Below are positions 25,597-34,941 of a DNA stretch of 61,161 bases, piece after piece. Numbering within the stretch: position 1 is the first letter of the stretch; each line of letters begins with the position of its first letter. The translations under genes and the position numbers were made by a program. Under the pieces are notes generated by a model. It saw only the letters and a list, made by a program, of their open reading frames with translations. It did no database searches and was not told where the DNA came from. The DNA comes from a virus (taxonomy: Duplodnaviria; Caudoviricetes), in IMG/VR virus record IMGVR_UViG_3300037264_007944, positions 1 through 61,161 of that record; one strand, 5' to 3'.

Positions 25597-26316
25597 GTGG
25601 GTCGCGTAGGTCTATTCGATCCTGAAGTCCTCCCGGCAGCCCTGTTCGACGAGACCGTCGTCCAGGAGGGCTGGTTCGACACGGACCTGATCCAGACCGC
25701 GGCGGCCCCGCCGGCCGCACCGGCGGCCCTTGTGGCGATCGCCGGCGTCTCCAGGGTCACGCTTTCCTGGACCGCGGTCCCCGGGGCGATCAACTACAGG
25801 GTCTACCGGTCACTCACGTCTGGCTTCGGGTACGTCCTCATCCAGGCGGGCGTCACCGCCACGACGACCATAGATTTCGCCGCGACGAACGGGACGCAGT
25901 ACTTCTACGTGATCGCCGCGTACGGCCCAGGCGGCGAGGGCCCGTACTCTCCCGAGGCGTTCGCCACCCCGTTCTCCGGAGCGACGGTCCCGCACGTCAC
26001 GCTGTACGACTTCGACGAGATGCGGGCTCAAGCCCTCGCCAACATCAAGGATCTGGACGTTCAGGTGAACCTGGACCTGGAAGCTCCAATCGGCGTCACC
26101 GACCTCGACGAGCTGGTCGCGGAGATCACAGAGCTGCGCCTGGTGCTGGTCTACTCCGAGAACGACAGCCCGTTCCAGGTGGACCTTGGGGCCGGCATGA
26201 GCCCCACGCTGCACACGCTGGTCTACATGATCCCGCAGCACTCCGGCCCGTTCATCCTGAATATCAACTGCCCGGCGCCATCTTCGATCCGTATGGTCAT
26301 CGGGGGTGATCTGTGA
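25597..26316 (+). CDS. fibronectin type III domain virion protein
   Basis: PAAPAAL...VTLSWTAVPGAINYRVYRS...YFYVIAAY..GGEGPYS. Confidence 0.8.
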   Translation: MGRVGLFDPEVLPAALFDETVVQEGWFDTDLIQTAAAPPAAPAALVAIAGVSRVTLSWTAVPGAINYRVYRSLTSGFGYVLIQAGVTATTTIDFAATNGTQYFYVIAAYGPGGEGPYSPEAFATPFSGATVPHVTLYDFDEMRAQALANIKDLDVQVNLDLEAPIGVTDLDELVAEITELRLVLVYSENDSPFQVDLGAGMSPTLHTLVYMIPQHSGPFILNINCPAPSSIRMVIGGDL

Positions 26317-26657
26317 GCTACTTGTACGACTACCAGTTCGTGAGCTACGAGTCGAAGACCGGCGACGTCGTGGTCGACACGTTCCTGCGGGCCTTCCCAG
26401 ACTTCATCGAGAGCCACGTTGACGCGCCTATTGGGGCGACAGACCTCTCCGGGATCCTGGCGTCTCTCGTGAATCCGAGATTCCTCATGATCTACTCCGT
26501 AAATCACAAACCGTTCCAGGTGGACCTTGGGGCGGGCCCGGTCCCGATAAGCAACACCACCTTCATCACCTCACTTAAGCAGGGTGTCGCGGCATCCATC
26601 GGCGTGGTCTGCCAGGACCTGAACCACCTCCGGGTCGTGGCGGCCGGCGTCCAATAA
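26313..26657 (+). CDS. paralogue of the C-terminal domain of 25597..26316
   Basis: Shared APIG.TDL and PFQVDLGAG. Confidence 0.7.
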   Translation: MSYLYDYQFVSYESKTGDVVVDTFLRAFPDFIESHVDAPIGATDLSGILASLVNPRFLMIYSVNHKPFQVDLGAGPVPISNTTFITSLKQGVAASIGVVCQDLNHLRVVAAGVQ

Positions 26658-26665
26658 GATCCTGG

Positions 26666-26693
26666 GAACGACCCACGATCACCGTGCTATGAT
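26666..26693 (+). promoter_or_regulatory. putative phage late promoter GAACGAC-N15-TATGAT
   Basis: Motif match; implies a leaderless start at ATG 26701. Confidence 0.72.
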
Positions 26694-26700
26694 GAGCGCG

Positions 26701-27765
26701 ATGAATCCCTTCGCCGTCGAGGCACGTATTCGGGATCTTGCGGACCAGGCCGCGACGACCTTCTTGTCGCCGCTGTCTGAGAAGCGGGCCTCCCCTGAAT
26801 GGATCTCGAAGAACGCCGAGAAAGTCCTGGCCGACGCCGGGGCCGACCTGACGAAGGTCGTGACCAAGATCGCCTTCGACGAGAACCTCAACCCGCACGA
26901 GGTCGCCCGCGTCTGCGAGGAAGCCAACAAGGAGGTCTTCGGCCGGCTCTACAAGAGCTCGGACGACAAGACCTTCAGCTTCCCAGTCGCCGACGCGACC
27001 CAGGTCCTCGGTGCGCTGGATCGCCCCTACCAGGGCCCAGGCGACATCTACCTGCCCGTCGAACACCCAAAATACGCCGCTCTTCAGAAAACGGCCAAGG
27101 CTCCCAGCAACGACTCCTGGGCGAGATCCGCGCTCGTCCCCACGGAGGCTCAGGCGCTCCAGCTCCAGCATCAGGAGGAGAAGGACGCGCACGACGCCTT
27201 CAAGGAGTTCACGATGGAGGCTGAGGCCGGAAAGCACCAGGCCGCGCTCGACTTCGCCAAGATGGCGCGCGACATGGTGCTTGAAGGAGAGCGCACACCG
27301 AGCGAGATTTTTGCGATGGTCAAAGAGGCGCGGCCCGGCCAGCCCCTCATCGAGAAGGCTGCCCGGGAGCTTCTCGCACTTGTCACGGTTCTCACGGGCG
27401 CCAAGTTCCACGAGGGCGCGTCCGACGTCGTGAAGTACGCCAAGGCGCTGCTCGGCGTCTCGGAGACCGGAGGCGGCAGCGTCCCGTCCGACGATCTTCG
27501 TGACGTCACCCCCGAGCAGTACGAGTTCTGGACGAAGTCGCCCGGCCAGCCGGTCGAGGCGTTCATCGGCCCCGTGTCGTCCGGCGGAGATCCAGTCCGC
27601 ATCATCAACGGCGGCCACAAGCTCTTCATGAACCTCGACACGCTGATCGACCAGTCCAACAAGGAGGGCTGGGGGAACAAGGGTCTCCTCCTCTCCCAGG
27701 ATCGCGTTCGCTCAATCGCGCGCAACGTGGTCAACTGGAAGGGCAAGAGCGAGGGCGTCGCGTAG
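26701..27765 (+). CDS. K-x-A-motif protein, putative head core/assembly protein
   Basis: EKRAS, TKIAF, QKTAK, EKAAR; mostly helical. Confidence 0.7.
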   Translation: MNPFAVEARIRDLADQAATTFLSPLSEKRASPEWISKNAEKVLADAGADLTKVVTKIAFDENLNPHEVARVCEEANKEVFGRLYKSSDDKTFSFPVADATQVLGALDRPYQGPGDIYLPVEHPKYAALQKTAKAPSNDSWARSALVPTEAQALQLQHQEEKDAHDAFKEFTMEAEAGKHQAALDFAKMARDMVLEGERTPSEIFAMVKEARPGQPLIEKAARELLALVTVLTGAKFHEGASDVVKYAKALLGVSETGGGSVPSDDLRDVTPEQYEFWTKSPGQPVEAFIGPVSSGGDPVRIINGGHKLFMNLDTLIDQSNKEGWGNKGLLLSQDRVRSIARNVVNWKGKSEGVA

Positions 27766-27776
27766 CGACGGCACGA

Positions 27777-28184
27777 ATGAGCTTCAAGAGCGAGCTGAGA
27801 GTTTCCGTGACCGTGATTGACGAGGACCTCCCGTCCCCGGGCCTCGAGGTCCTCGAGGAGAAGGTCGAGTCCGTCACCACGATCGACGAGTTCCTGGAGA
27901 TGGCCCTCACGGTCCCCTTCACGGCGCTCGACATCCCCTTCACGAACGGGAAGCCGATCGTGTTCAGCACCTGGGGGCTGGCCCCGCACCAGATCTTCAT
28001 CAAGTCGACCGGGCCCATCGGGGTCGTGCAGTACATGACGATTCCTGATACGGCCTTCCTGCAGCCGTGCCGGTCCGAGCTCGTCATGACGTATGATGTG
28101 GCGAATCCTCCGACCGAGATCAGGCTGCTCAACCTCAACGCGGCCCCTGTGGACGTCAAGATTTTGGTATCCTCGAAGAATTAA
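27777..28184 (+). CDS. beta-rich virion protein
   Basis: Paralogue of the next gene (DEFLEM..TVP). Confidence 0.65.
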   Translation: MSFKSELRVSVTVIDEDLPSPGLEVLEEKVESVTTIDEFLEMALTVPFTALDIPFTNGKPIVFSTWGLAPHQIFIKSTGPIGVVQYMTIPDTAFLQPCRSELVMTYDVANPPTEIRLLNLNAAPVDVKILVSSKN

Positions 28185-28198
28185 CGTAGGAGAGTTCT

Positions 28199-28576
28199 AT
28201 GGCGCACACCGTCACCCTGAACGCGTCGATGCTCATCCAGGACACGAGCGGCGCGGCCCCCGTCACGGTCGCGAACGACTCCAAGACCGACCAGCTCACC
28301 GCCCAGGACGAGTTCCTGGAGATGTCGGTGACCGTGCCGGCCGCGGCGGTCGATCAGACGATTGACCTGACCACGCCCGGTCTGTCGGCGCGGACGCTCT
28401 ACATCACCACGACACAGCCCCTCACGATGAAGCAGGGCGTGTCGGTGTTCGCCCAGCCGATCCGGTCGATCTTCGCGGCCACTTACGAGTCGGCCAACGT
28501 GCCCGCGAGCCTGAAGTTCTCGAACGCGGGCGCGATCGCCGCTCAGGTCAAGATCGTCCTCGGGTCGCAGAACTAA
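28199..28576 (+). CDS. beta-rich virion protein
   Basis: AGGAG RBS; DEFLEMSVTVP and VKI terminal strand. Confidence 0.65.
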   Translation: MAHTVTLNASMLIQDTSGAAPVTVANDSKTDQLTAQDEFLEMSVTVPAAAVDQTIDLTTPGLSARTLYITTTQPLTMKQGVSVFAQPIRSIFAATYESANVPASLKFSNAGAIAAQVKIVLGSQN

Positions 28577-28621
28577 GCCCTTTTCCGCCGCGCCGTCAGG
28601 CGCGGAGGATGAGATAGGGCT

Positions 28622-28660
28622 CGCCGGGCTCCTCCTTCAATGGAGGGGCCCGGCGGTCTT
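28622..28660 (+). terminator. strong hairpin, possible terminator
   Basis: 14-bp stem CGCCGGGCTCCTCC/GGAGGGGCCCGGCG with a weak U-tail. Confidence 0.45.
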
Positions 28661-28674
28661 CCCCGCGGAACAAA

Positions 28675-28956
28675 ATGCCTACGCCAGGCGTTCAGCTCCT
28701 GATGAAGCGCCACTTGGACGCCCTCAACCGGCTGCGCCGGCTTGGGAAGGGCTCCGTGAAGTTGTCGTCGGAACGAGCCCCCATGCAGAATCAAGTCGCC
28801 AACGTGCTCTCAGCGTCCGGCATCGCTCCGGAGAAGCAGGCGGAGATCTACAAGAAGATCCTTCTCAAGGCCGCTCCGGTGACGCCCGGGGTCATCCCCA
28901 AAGTGTCGTTTGCGCGAGACGCCTTGAGGCAGTTCTGCAAACGTGTGGTAGAGTAA
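28675..28956 (+). CDS. basic hypothetical protein with K-x-A/S motifs
   Basis: VKLSS, EKQAE, LKAAP. Confidence 0.5.
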   Translation: MPTPGVQLLMKRHLDALNRLRRLGKGSVKLSSERAPMQNQVANVLSASGIAPEKQAEIYKKILLKAAPVTPGVIPKVSFARDALRQFCKRVVE

Positions 28957-28960
28957 TCGT

Positions 28961-29494
28961 ATGAGCTCAGAGGCGGTGAAACGTCTTGAACTCGTGCGCC
29001 AGTACCTGCTGGACGTGTTCCACAATCCGGCCTCAATCCTCGAGGCGTCCGACGCCGTCAACTACGTCAAGTTCAACTTCCACGAGGCCGTGAAGGCCGC
29101 GCGCGCGGCTGCAGACCTCCGCCGCGGTGTCAGGCGAATCGGAATCGGCGCCAAGGCCATCGCGTCGCTCACGACGTTCCAGCTCGAGAGCGAGATGACC
29201 GAGCTACGGCTGCAGCGAATGTGGCCGGTGATCTCGAGCCAGGAGACGTTCGAGAGCTGGTTCCACAAGAATCTGCTCTCCCCAGTGGTCGCCGAGGAAG
29301 ATCGCATCCTCGGCCATTCAACGGGCCACATCGCGCATACGGGCTCCGGGGTGGGGTCCTACTTCGACCGGGTGGCGGAATCCTTTCGATTCAAGGTCTG
29401 GGAGGTAGTCCACTTCCCAGAGGCGAAGGATGTGCCGCCGCGTATCCTTCCGTGCCCAGACGAAACAAAGCCTCCACCAAAGAAGGCGGTATAG
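28961..29494 (+). CDS. hypothetical protein
   Basis: 177-aa ORF; extended -10 TGGTAGAGT 6 nt upstream. Confidence 0.6.
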   Translation: MSSEAVKRLELVRQYLLDVFHNPASILEASDAVNYVKFNFHEAVKAARAAADLRRGVRRIGIGAKAIASLTTFQLESEMTELRLQRMWPVISSQETFESWFHKNLLSPVVAEEDRILGHSTGHIAHTGSGVGSYFDRVAESFRFKVWEVVHFPEAKDVPPRILPCPDETKPPPKKAV

Positions 29495-29498
29495 CTTC

Positions 29499-29768
29499 AT
29501 GTTGAACACCATGGTTTTACAGGCAGAGCAGATTTCTCAGGCGGCCAGCACCATTATGTCCGCCGGCGTCATCGGTGCGTGCCTCGTGTCCCTGGCGATT
29601 TGGCACGTCCTGCTGTCCAGGAAGTACGACAAGCGCGTCGACTCCATGCTGGCGCGGGAGCGCGAGTTTCAGGAGATCCAGTCGGCCGCCCTGGAAAAGT
29701 ACAGGACCGCCATGGAAAGCGTCGCGAAAACCCTAGATCTTGTTGTGACGTTGATCCGTGATAGATAG
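29499..29768 (+). CDS. holin-like membrane protein (BhlA/UviB-like architecture)
   Basis: One TM helix followed by a REREFQ coiled coil. Confidence 0.45.
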   Translation: MLNTMVLQAEQISQAASTIMSAGVIGACLVSLAIWHVLLSRKYDKRVDSMLAREREFQEIQSAALEKYRTAMESVAKTLDLVVTLIRDR

Positions 29769-29807
29769 ACTGGCCCACGGCTTGCGTCTCGTATTACAGG
29801 AGGCGTT

Positions 29808-30185
29808 ATGGGCATGACAGCAACGATCGCAGTGCTGGCCGCCATACTCACGTTCGGGTGGATCGTTGTGAGCTCGGTCCGCCACATCAGGCGTGAACGC
29901 GCGGCGGTAGAGTGCCAGGTCGGGTCCATCGTCCTCGAGCAGCGCATCAAGGAGTGCAGCGTGGCCGAGGTCGAGGGCAGGGTCATGGGGAGCATGCGGG
30001 AGATCAGCGATATAGTCGCCCGCCGGGCTCCGACGAAGATGCGGGAGAGGATGGCCCCAGAGATGACCCCGAGGGATCTCAGGGCGGTCGACCCACTTGG
30101 CGACGAGACTCGAACCATGATGGCGATCCGGGTCAAGGCCGAGGACATCGGGCGAATGGTCAAGTCAAAGAGATCGAAATTTTGA
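29808..30185 (+). CDS. membrane-anchored hypothetical protein
   Basis: AGGAGG RBS; N-terminal TM helix. Confidence 0.6.
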   Translation: MGMTATIAVLAAILTFGWIVVSSVRHIRRERAAVECQVGSIVLEQRIKECSVAEVEGRVMGSMREISDIVARRAPTKMRERMAPEMTPRDLRAVDPLGDETRTMMAIRVKAEDIGRMVKSKRSKF

Positions 30186-30188
30186 CCT

Positions 30189-30536
30189 ATGTCTGAGTAC
30201 GATTACCTCCTGCATTTCGACAAAGCGAAAATGGTCGCCCTATCGGAGTCCATCAAGAAGGAGCTGGTCGCCGAGGGTCTGACGGCAAACCTCTGGTCGA
30301 TGGAGCCCTGGAAACTCGCATTCGACGTCCGCTCCGCCATGAGCGACTTCGCCAGCGTGATCCACAAGATTTACCAGAGGCCGGAAGTCACGACGGTGTC
30401 CATGGGGGTCGAGCCTGGGACCCGCCTCGTAATGATCCACATATCCCTGTCCGAGCGGTGGTTCATCGCGGAAGAGAAGAAGAATGGGAAAGCAAGCAAG
30501 CGCCACCCGGAAGACGCCGGCGGCGACCTCGCATAA
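30189..30536 (+). CDS. hypothetical protein
   Basis: ORF in operon context. Confidence 0.55.
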   Translation: MSEYDYLLHFDKAKMVALSESIKKELVAEGLTANLWSMEPWKLAFDVRSAMSDFASVIHKIYQRPEVTTVSMGVEPGTRLVMIHISLSERWFIAEEKKNGKASKRHPEDAGGDLA

Positions 30537-30900
30537 GGGGAAGCGGACCCTCGTCAAGCGAGGGATTCCAGCTGTCGCCGGCGCCGGGAAGATCGTCGTC
30601 GTCAAGCGCGGCGAGGACCTCCACTCCGCCCTCGAGACGCGCTACATTCTCATGCAGAAGGACGTCGAGACGGTCGAATTCTTCTGGAATACCCTCATGA
30701 AGCCGGAGAAGGCCTACTCCGAGACGAAGGAGTGGCCGGAACACCTCGCGCTCGTGAACAAGTGGGAACTCCACGAAGGCGTGAAGACGATCTACGAGTA
30801 CCGTGCGAAGATGCGCAAGCTGAAGGTGTGGATCGACCACTTCCAGGCCGGTCGCGATTATGAGCTGACCGTGGACGAAGTTGTGGAGATCCAGTCGTGA
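30484..30900 (+). CDS. hypothetical protein
   Basis: ORF coupled to the downstream gene by GTGA. Confidence 0.6.
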   Translation: MGKQASATRKTPAATSHKGKRTLVKRGIPAVAGAGKIVVVKRGEDLHSALETRYILMQKDVETVEFFWNTLMKPEKAYSETKEWPEHLALVNKWELHEGVKTIYEYRAKMRKLKVWIDHFQAGRDYELTVDEVVEIQS

Positions 30901-31667
30901 GCGCAGGTGAGAAAGTCGCAAAGCTCCCAGCGGGGTTCCCGGCCGGTCGCCTGCGCCTGAGCAAGACCCTGTCGAGGGGGATCAGCGACCGTGCGACGGG
31001 TATGAACAGAACCCTTCCTCCGATGGTCTCTCCTCTCGGCGGCCAGGCTCCAGGCCGCACGCCGACGTCTACGCAGCAGGGGGACGTCAGGACCATCCAG
31101 GCCAGGGGCAGGGGGACCCTCAGCGAGACCGTCGCCGCGAAGGCGAACCAGAAGGTCGCCCCTCAGGACAGGTCCCAGGTGACGCCGCATGGCGAGGCCA
31201 TGCCGCACAACGAGGGTGATGGCGCGAGCCGCGGCTCGTCGCCGTTCCAGGACGTCAGGGCGCAGAAGGAGGCCCGCGCCGTCCTTCGGGAGTCCCTCGG
31301 CAAATTGTCGATGGCCATGCGCCCGGCCGACATGGTGAGCTTCATGTCCCACGCGTTCGACAAACGTCACATCACGCGGTTCAGAACAGATCCGGTGAAG
31401 CTACTGGAGCCGGCACTGAAGCAGATGAAAGAAGTCCGCCCGCTCCCGGAGATCGCCGGGCACGGCTTTGTCGCCCACCTGCCTGGCGAGCACAAGATCA
31501 TGGGCAAGATCGACTCGCTCGGATGGGTCAAGCCGCGTACGTTCTACGGCCCCGGGCAGGCCCACGACAAGAGGCGCGGAGACGTCGACATCACCAAGGC
31601 CATCTCCGACATCAAGAACAAGATGAAGGGCGACGAGGGCGGTCAGCTTCTCGGGGAACAGCTATAG
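30897..31667 (+). CDS. basic, partly disordered protein with N-terminal EKVA
   Basis: MSAGEKVA; internal LRESLGKLS. Confidence 0.6.
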   Translation: MSAGEKVAKLPAGFPAGRLRLSKTLSRGISDRATGMNRTLPPMVSPLGGQAPGRTPTSTQQGDVRTIQARGRGTLSETVAAKANQKVAPQDRSQVTPHGEAMPHNEGDGASRGSSPFQDVRAQKEARAVLRESLGKLSMAMRPADMVSFMSHAFDKRHITRFRTDPVKLLEPALKQMKEVRPLPEIAGHGFVAHLPGEHKIMGKIDSLGWVKPRTFYGPGQAHDKRRGDVDITKAISDIKNKMKGDEGGQLLGEQL

Positions 31668-31683
31668 CTTTGTCGGGTATAGT
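31656..31683 (+). promoter_or_regulatory. putative phage promoter GAACAGC-N15-TATAGT
   Basis: Motif match; GTG 31692 lies 8 nt downstream. Confidence 0.62.
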
Positions 31684-31691
31684 GGCTCTCT

Positions 31692-31856
31692 GTGGCCGCC
31701 AAGAAAACGACAGCCCAAAAGATCCTGGCCGCCCCGCACGAGGCCGTCCAGTGGGGCATGAACCGTGCCAGAAAGTTCATCTGGAAGAACATGAGCATGG
31801 AGCAGAAGGCCAGGCACCTCCTGCGTCAGGTCTCTAGAGCGGTGGCTGGCAAGTGA
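31692..31856 (+). CDS. small basic protein (54 aa), not in the ORF track
   Basis: MAAKKTTAQKILAAPHEAVQWG...; stop overlaps the next GTG. Confidence 0.55.
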   Translation: MAAKKTTAQKILAAPHEAVQWGMNRARKFIWKNMSMEQKARHLLRQVSRAVAGK

Positions 31857-32107
31857 ACCTCTCCGACGCCCGCAGCGCCCTCCGGTGGGCCGTCTTCAAC
31901 CCGAACGCCGCTGAGGCGGCCGGGAACAAGATGATGGAGTCCATCCCGCAGGTGATGACCACCGTCGGCGCGTACATGCTGTCCGAGTGGCTCTCGAAGC
32001 GGTACGGGCAGGTCTTCTCGGAACCCGGTGAGAAGCCGCAGATCCCGTCGCAGCCGATCCCCACGATCTCGATCCAGACAATCGAGGGGCCTGGAGGGCA
32101 GCTGTGA
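31853..32107 (+). CDS. hypothetical protein
   Basis: Translationally coupled on both sides. Confidence 0.55.
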   Translation: MNLSDARSALRWAVFNPNAAEAAGNKMMESIPQVMTTVGAYMLSEWLSKRYGQVFSEPGEKPQIPSQPIPTISIQTIEGPGGQL

Positions 32108-32610
32108 GCTTCCAACCGTTCTCCTACCGGGCCCTGCCGTTCCGCATCAACTGGACGAAGCGCGGGATCTCGCCGGACCAGCACGACGGAGACTCCCTCT
32201 GGCTGCTCTTCGACAAGGGCGACTACCAGTACACGAATGCGAACTGCAGGCTGTTCGGCATCAACACGCCTGAGATGAACGACCCGGACCCGGCTGTCCG
32301 CCTGAAGGCCGTCGCGGCCCGCGAGCATCTCGCCGGGCTGCTCGGACTGAAGAAGGCGTGCGCCGCGCACGACTGGGTGGCGTCGAACGACGCCAGCACC
32401 CGCCTCTGCAAGATCTGCTGCGAGATCGAGAGGCTGACGATCGTCGGCCCGAAGAATCTTTGCGTGAAGTCCGAGAAACTCGACAAGTACGGCCGGCCGC
32501 TCGTGACGATCTGGACGGACCCAGCCGCCTTTGGCGACAACTCCAAGAGCGCCAACAAGGCCATGATCGATGCCGGCCACGCGATCCCATTCATGGGGGA
32601 TCTGGCGTGA
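32104..32610 (+). CDS. thermonuclease (SNase-like) with a Cys/His insertion
   Basis: DGDS, RLFGINTPE, DKYGRPL. Confidence 0.85.
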   Translation: MSFQPFSYRALPFRINWTKRGISPDQHDGDSLWLLFDKGDYQYTNANCRLFGINTPEMNDPDPAVRLKAVAAREHLAGLLGLKKACAAHDWVASNDASTRLCKICCEIERLTIVGPKNLCVKSEKLDKYGRPLVTIWTDPAAFGDNSKSANKAMIDAGHAIPFMGDLA

Positions 32611-33680
32611 CCAAGGTCGTCGTCGGCTTCGATGAGGGGCTCTGGAATGGCGGCGTTGACGACGGCGCGTTTGCAGAGGAGCGCGACCCGGGCGGCGTCT
32701 GGTACACCCTTGAAGTCGACGGCGTAAAGGTTGCGCTTGCCGCCGCCACCCCTGGCCCGGCCGACCTGACCAACATCAGCTACTACGTTCACCCAGATCA
32801 CCGCGGCCACGGCTACGGGACGAAGATCGCCTCGCAGGTGACGGACCTCCACGAGAAGGCGACGTTCACCATCTTCAAAGACAACGATGCCTCCATCAAG
32901 GTCGCGCTCGCTGCGCTCCGCAACAAGTTCGCCATGACGATGGGTCGGAATGTCGTGCGGCTCACGAAGACCGCCGACGCGATCCCTGGCGGCAAGGCGG
33001 ACAAGAAGAAGCCGGGCGACTTCAATGCGGAGGCCCTGGCAGAAGGGGCGAAGCACGAGCGCGAGCACACCTCGAGCGACGCCGTCGCGCAGGAGATCGC
33101 GATGGACCACCTCGCCGAGGATCCTCAGTACTACGTGAAATTGCGCAAGATCGAGAAGAAAGCGCTCGCAATCAAGGATGAGCGCAACACCATCGGCACC
33201 ACGCTCACCGGCAGGATCCACGAGAGCTTCACGGTCGCCGCCGACAGGATGATCCAGGCTGGGATGCTCTCCGAGAAGGAGCGCATCGAACTCTCCGGCG
33301 CGATCGGCAGCCTGCTGGGCCAGTTCCGCAAGTCGGTGAACCGGGACGTCGCCTCGAGAGAGATGACCCCGCACGCGCATGACCTCCTTAAGAAGGCGGT
33401 CTCCACGCAGACGGGTCGCGCGGTCATCGAGGCCAGAACCATCCAGTCCAAGATGAAGGGGCTGACGTCGCCACAGGCGGTCGACCGCAGGATCTCTGAT
33501 GCGGCTGGCCGGGTGGCAAAGGCCCCAACGTCTCCGCTGTCCCCAGAGGAGAGGAAGAAGATCCTGCAGGCGTCCAGGTATGTCCGGATGAACGTGCAGG
33601 ATCCGAAGGGTGGCGAGATCTACAAGAGGATCAAGTCAGAGTCGCTCAACAAGAGCCACCAGATGGAGATTCCGACATGA
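32607..33680 (+). CDS. multidomain protein: GNAT acetyltransferase + DUF5661-like + helical domains
   Basis: ISYYVHPDHRGHGYGT, DNDASIK; EREHT..AQEIAMDHLAEDPQYYVKL; domains separated by KTA/KKA. Confidence 0.8.
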   Translation: MTKVVVGFDEGLWNGGVDDGAFAEERDPGGVWYTLEVDGVKVALAAATPGPADLTNISYYVHPDHRGHGYGTKIASQVTDLHEKATFTIFKDNDASIKVALAALRNKFAMTMGRNVVRLTKTADAIPGGKADKKKPGDFNAEALAEGAKHEREHTSSDAVAQEIAMDHLAEDPQYYVKLRKIEKKALAIKDERNTIGTTLTGRIHESFTVAADRMIQAGMLSEKERIELSGAIGSLLGQFRKSVNRDVASREMTPHAHDLLKKAVSTQTGRAVIEARTIQSKMKGLTSPQAVDRRISDAAGRVAKAPTSPLSPEERKKILQASRYVRMNVQDPKGGEIYKRIKSESLNKSHQMEIPT

Positions 33681-34267
33681 ACGTGATTGAAGCCCGGGAA
33701 CTCCTGAAGCAGGCCGCCGGGAAGACCTACCCGATCTCGAGGGCTCTGACAAGCCCGCTCGGGGCGCTTGTTTCCGGAGGGCTGTCCGGCGCCACCAGCG
33801 GAGTCCTGGTCACGGCAAGACACGGCCCGTCCCCGGAGGCCGCGGGGATAGGCGGCATCATAGGCGCCATCGCCGGCATGTTCGGATCTGGCAGCGTCAG
33901 AAAACAGTACGCCATGGGCCTTGCGGACGAAGTCAGGGCCGGTTACGCAAAATACCTGGAGCCTCATCACCTCGAGGTTGTAAAGGCCATCGAGAAGGCC
34001 AGGCTGAAGGTCGCCGCGTTTATCCCGCTCGCCCTGGCCCCAATGGCCCTGAATTACGCCCTCATGGATGGCCTAAGAAGAAGGGCCCTTCTGGGCCGGA
34101 TCGCCAAAGGCGGCGGAAGCCTGATCCAGTCGGAGCGTGACCTGGTGAAGGTCGTGCAGACGGCGGCGAGGCGCAGGATCGTGCGGAAGGCGGCTCTCGC
34201 CACCGCCGCGGTCGGCGCTGCCGGCTACGGGGCCTCCAGGCTGGTGGCCTCGGATACCGATTCGTAG
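33677..34267 (+). CDS. Gly-zipper protein with ELLKQA leader
   Basis: MNVIEARELLKQA; GIGGIIGAIAG; KVAAF; AALATAAVGAAGYG. Confidence 0.7.
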   Translation: MNVIEARELLKQAAGKTYPISRALTSPLGALVSGGLSGATSGVLVTARHGPSPEAAGIGGIIGAIAGMFGSGSVRKQYAMGLADEVRAGYAKYLEPHHLEVVKAIEKARLKVAAFIPLALAPMALNYALMDGLRRRALLGRIAKGGGSLIQSERDLVKVVQTAARRRIVRKAALATAAVGAAGYGASRLVASDTDS

Positions 34268-34269
34268 GC

Positions 34270-34467
34270 ATGGAGTACGCCGACGCGCGCGTCATGCTCA
34301 AGGAGGCGCTTACCAGGAAGGCGAAGCTCCAGCGCGACCGCGAGCAGCTCCACAAGATGGTCGGGCCGATGGCGCGCCGTATCCCCTACAAGACCAAAGG
34401 CGCGAAGGGTTGGGACGTCATGGTGGACGCCATGATGTCCGACACGCATTCCGGCCCTGCGAAATAG
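34270..34467 (+). CDS. small protein with MLKEA leader
   Basis: MEYADARVMLKEA resembles the leader of 33677. Confidence 0.55.
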   Translation: MEYADARVMLKEALTRKAKLQRDREQLHKMVGPMARRIPYKTKGAKGWDVMVDAMMSDTHSGPAK

Positions 34468-34478
34468 CAGAATAAAGA

Positions 34479-34495
34479 TGTTGCTCACAGCAACA
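34479..34495. promoter_or_regulatory. palindrome copy 3 (TGTTGCT-CAC-AGCAACA)
   Basis: Intergenic, just before an extended -10 TGGTAGTAT and the XRE gene. Confidence 0.7.
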
Positions 34496-34516
34496 ATGTG
34501 GTAGTATCCATCCACT

Positions 34517-34756
34517 GTGCAAGGCGACTTTCCTCTTCCAAACAAGCTGTCCGACTTCACGAAGATGATCGGGCCACTTAGAAAAAAGCACAAGATCCCG
34601 CAGGAGAAGCTCGCCAGGAAGCTTGGGATCGCGAGGTCATCTCTCGCCTGCATCGAAAAAGGTTACCGGGAGCCTTCAGCTCAGGTGCTATGGAGACTTC
34701 TTGGTGTGTTCAACAACGGGCACCTGGACGAATTAAGCAGGAAAGGGAAACGCTGA
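34517..34756 (+). CDS. XRE-family HTH regulator
   Basis: LRKKHKIPQEKLARKLGIARSSLACIEKGYREPS. Confidence 0.85.
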   Translation: MQGDFPLPNKLSDFTKMIGPLRKKHKIPQEKLARKLGIARSSLACIEKGYREPSAQVLWRLLGVFNNGHLDELSRKGKR

Positions 34757-34941
34757 TGCAGATCATCATGAAGTGTCCGGAGTGCGGCAAGGGGTTCCTC
34801 GCACACGCCGGGGCCGGGTACACCAGCGAGATCATCACGACCGAGAACAAGAAGTGCAGCGGCTGCGGCGCCCAGCTCGACATCAAGATCAAGATCGTCG
34901 TGTCGGCCGCGAAACCTGAGGCTTCGAAGAAGGGGTCGTAA
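34756..34941 (+). CDS. small zinc-ribbon protein
   Basis: CPECG...CSGCG; TGATG coupling. Confidence 0.7.
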   Translation: MQIIMKCPECGKGFLAHAGAGYTSEIITTENKKCSGCGAQLDIKIKIVVSAAKPEASKKGS

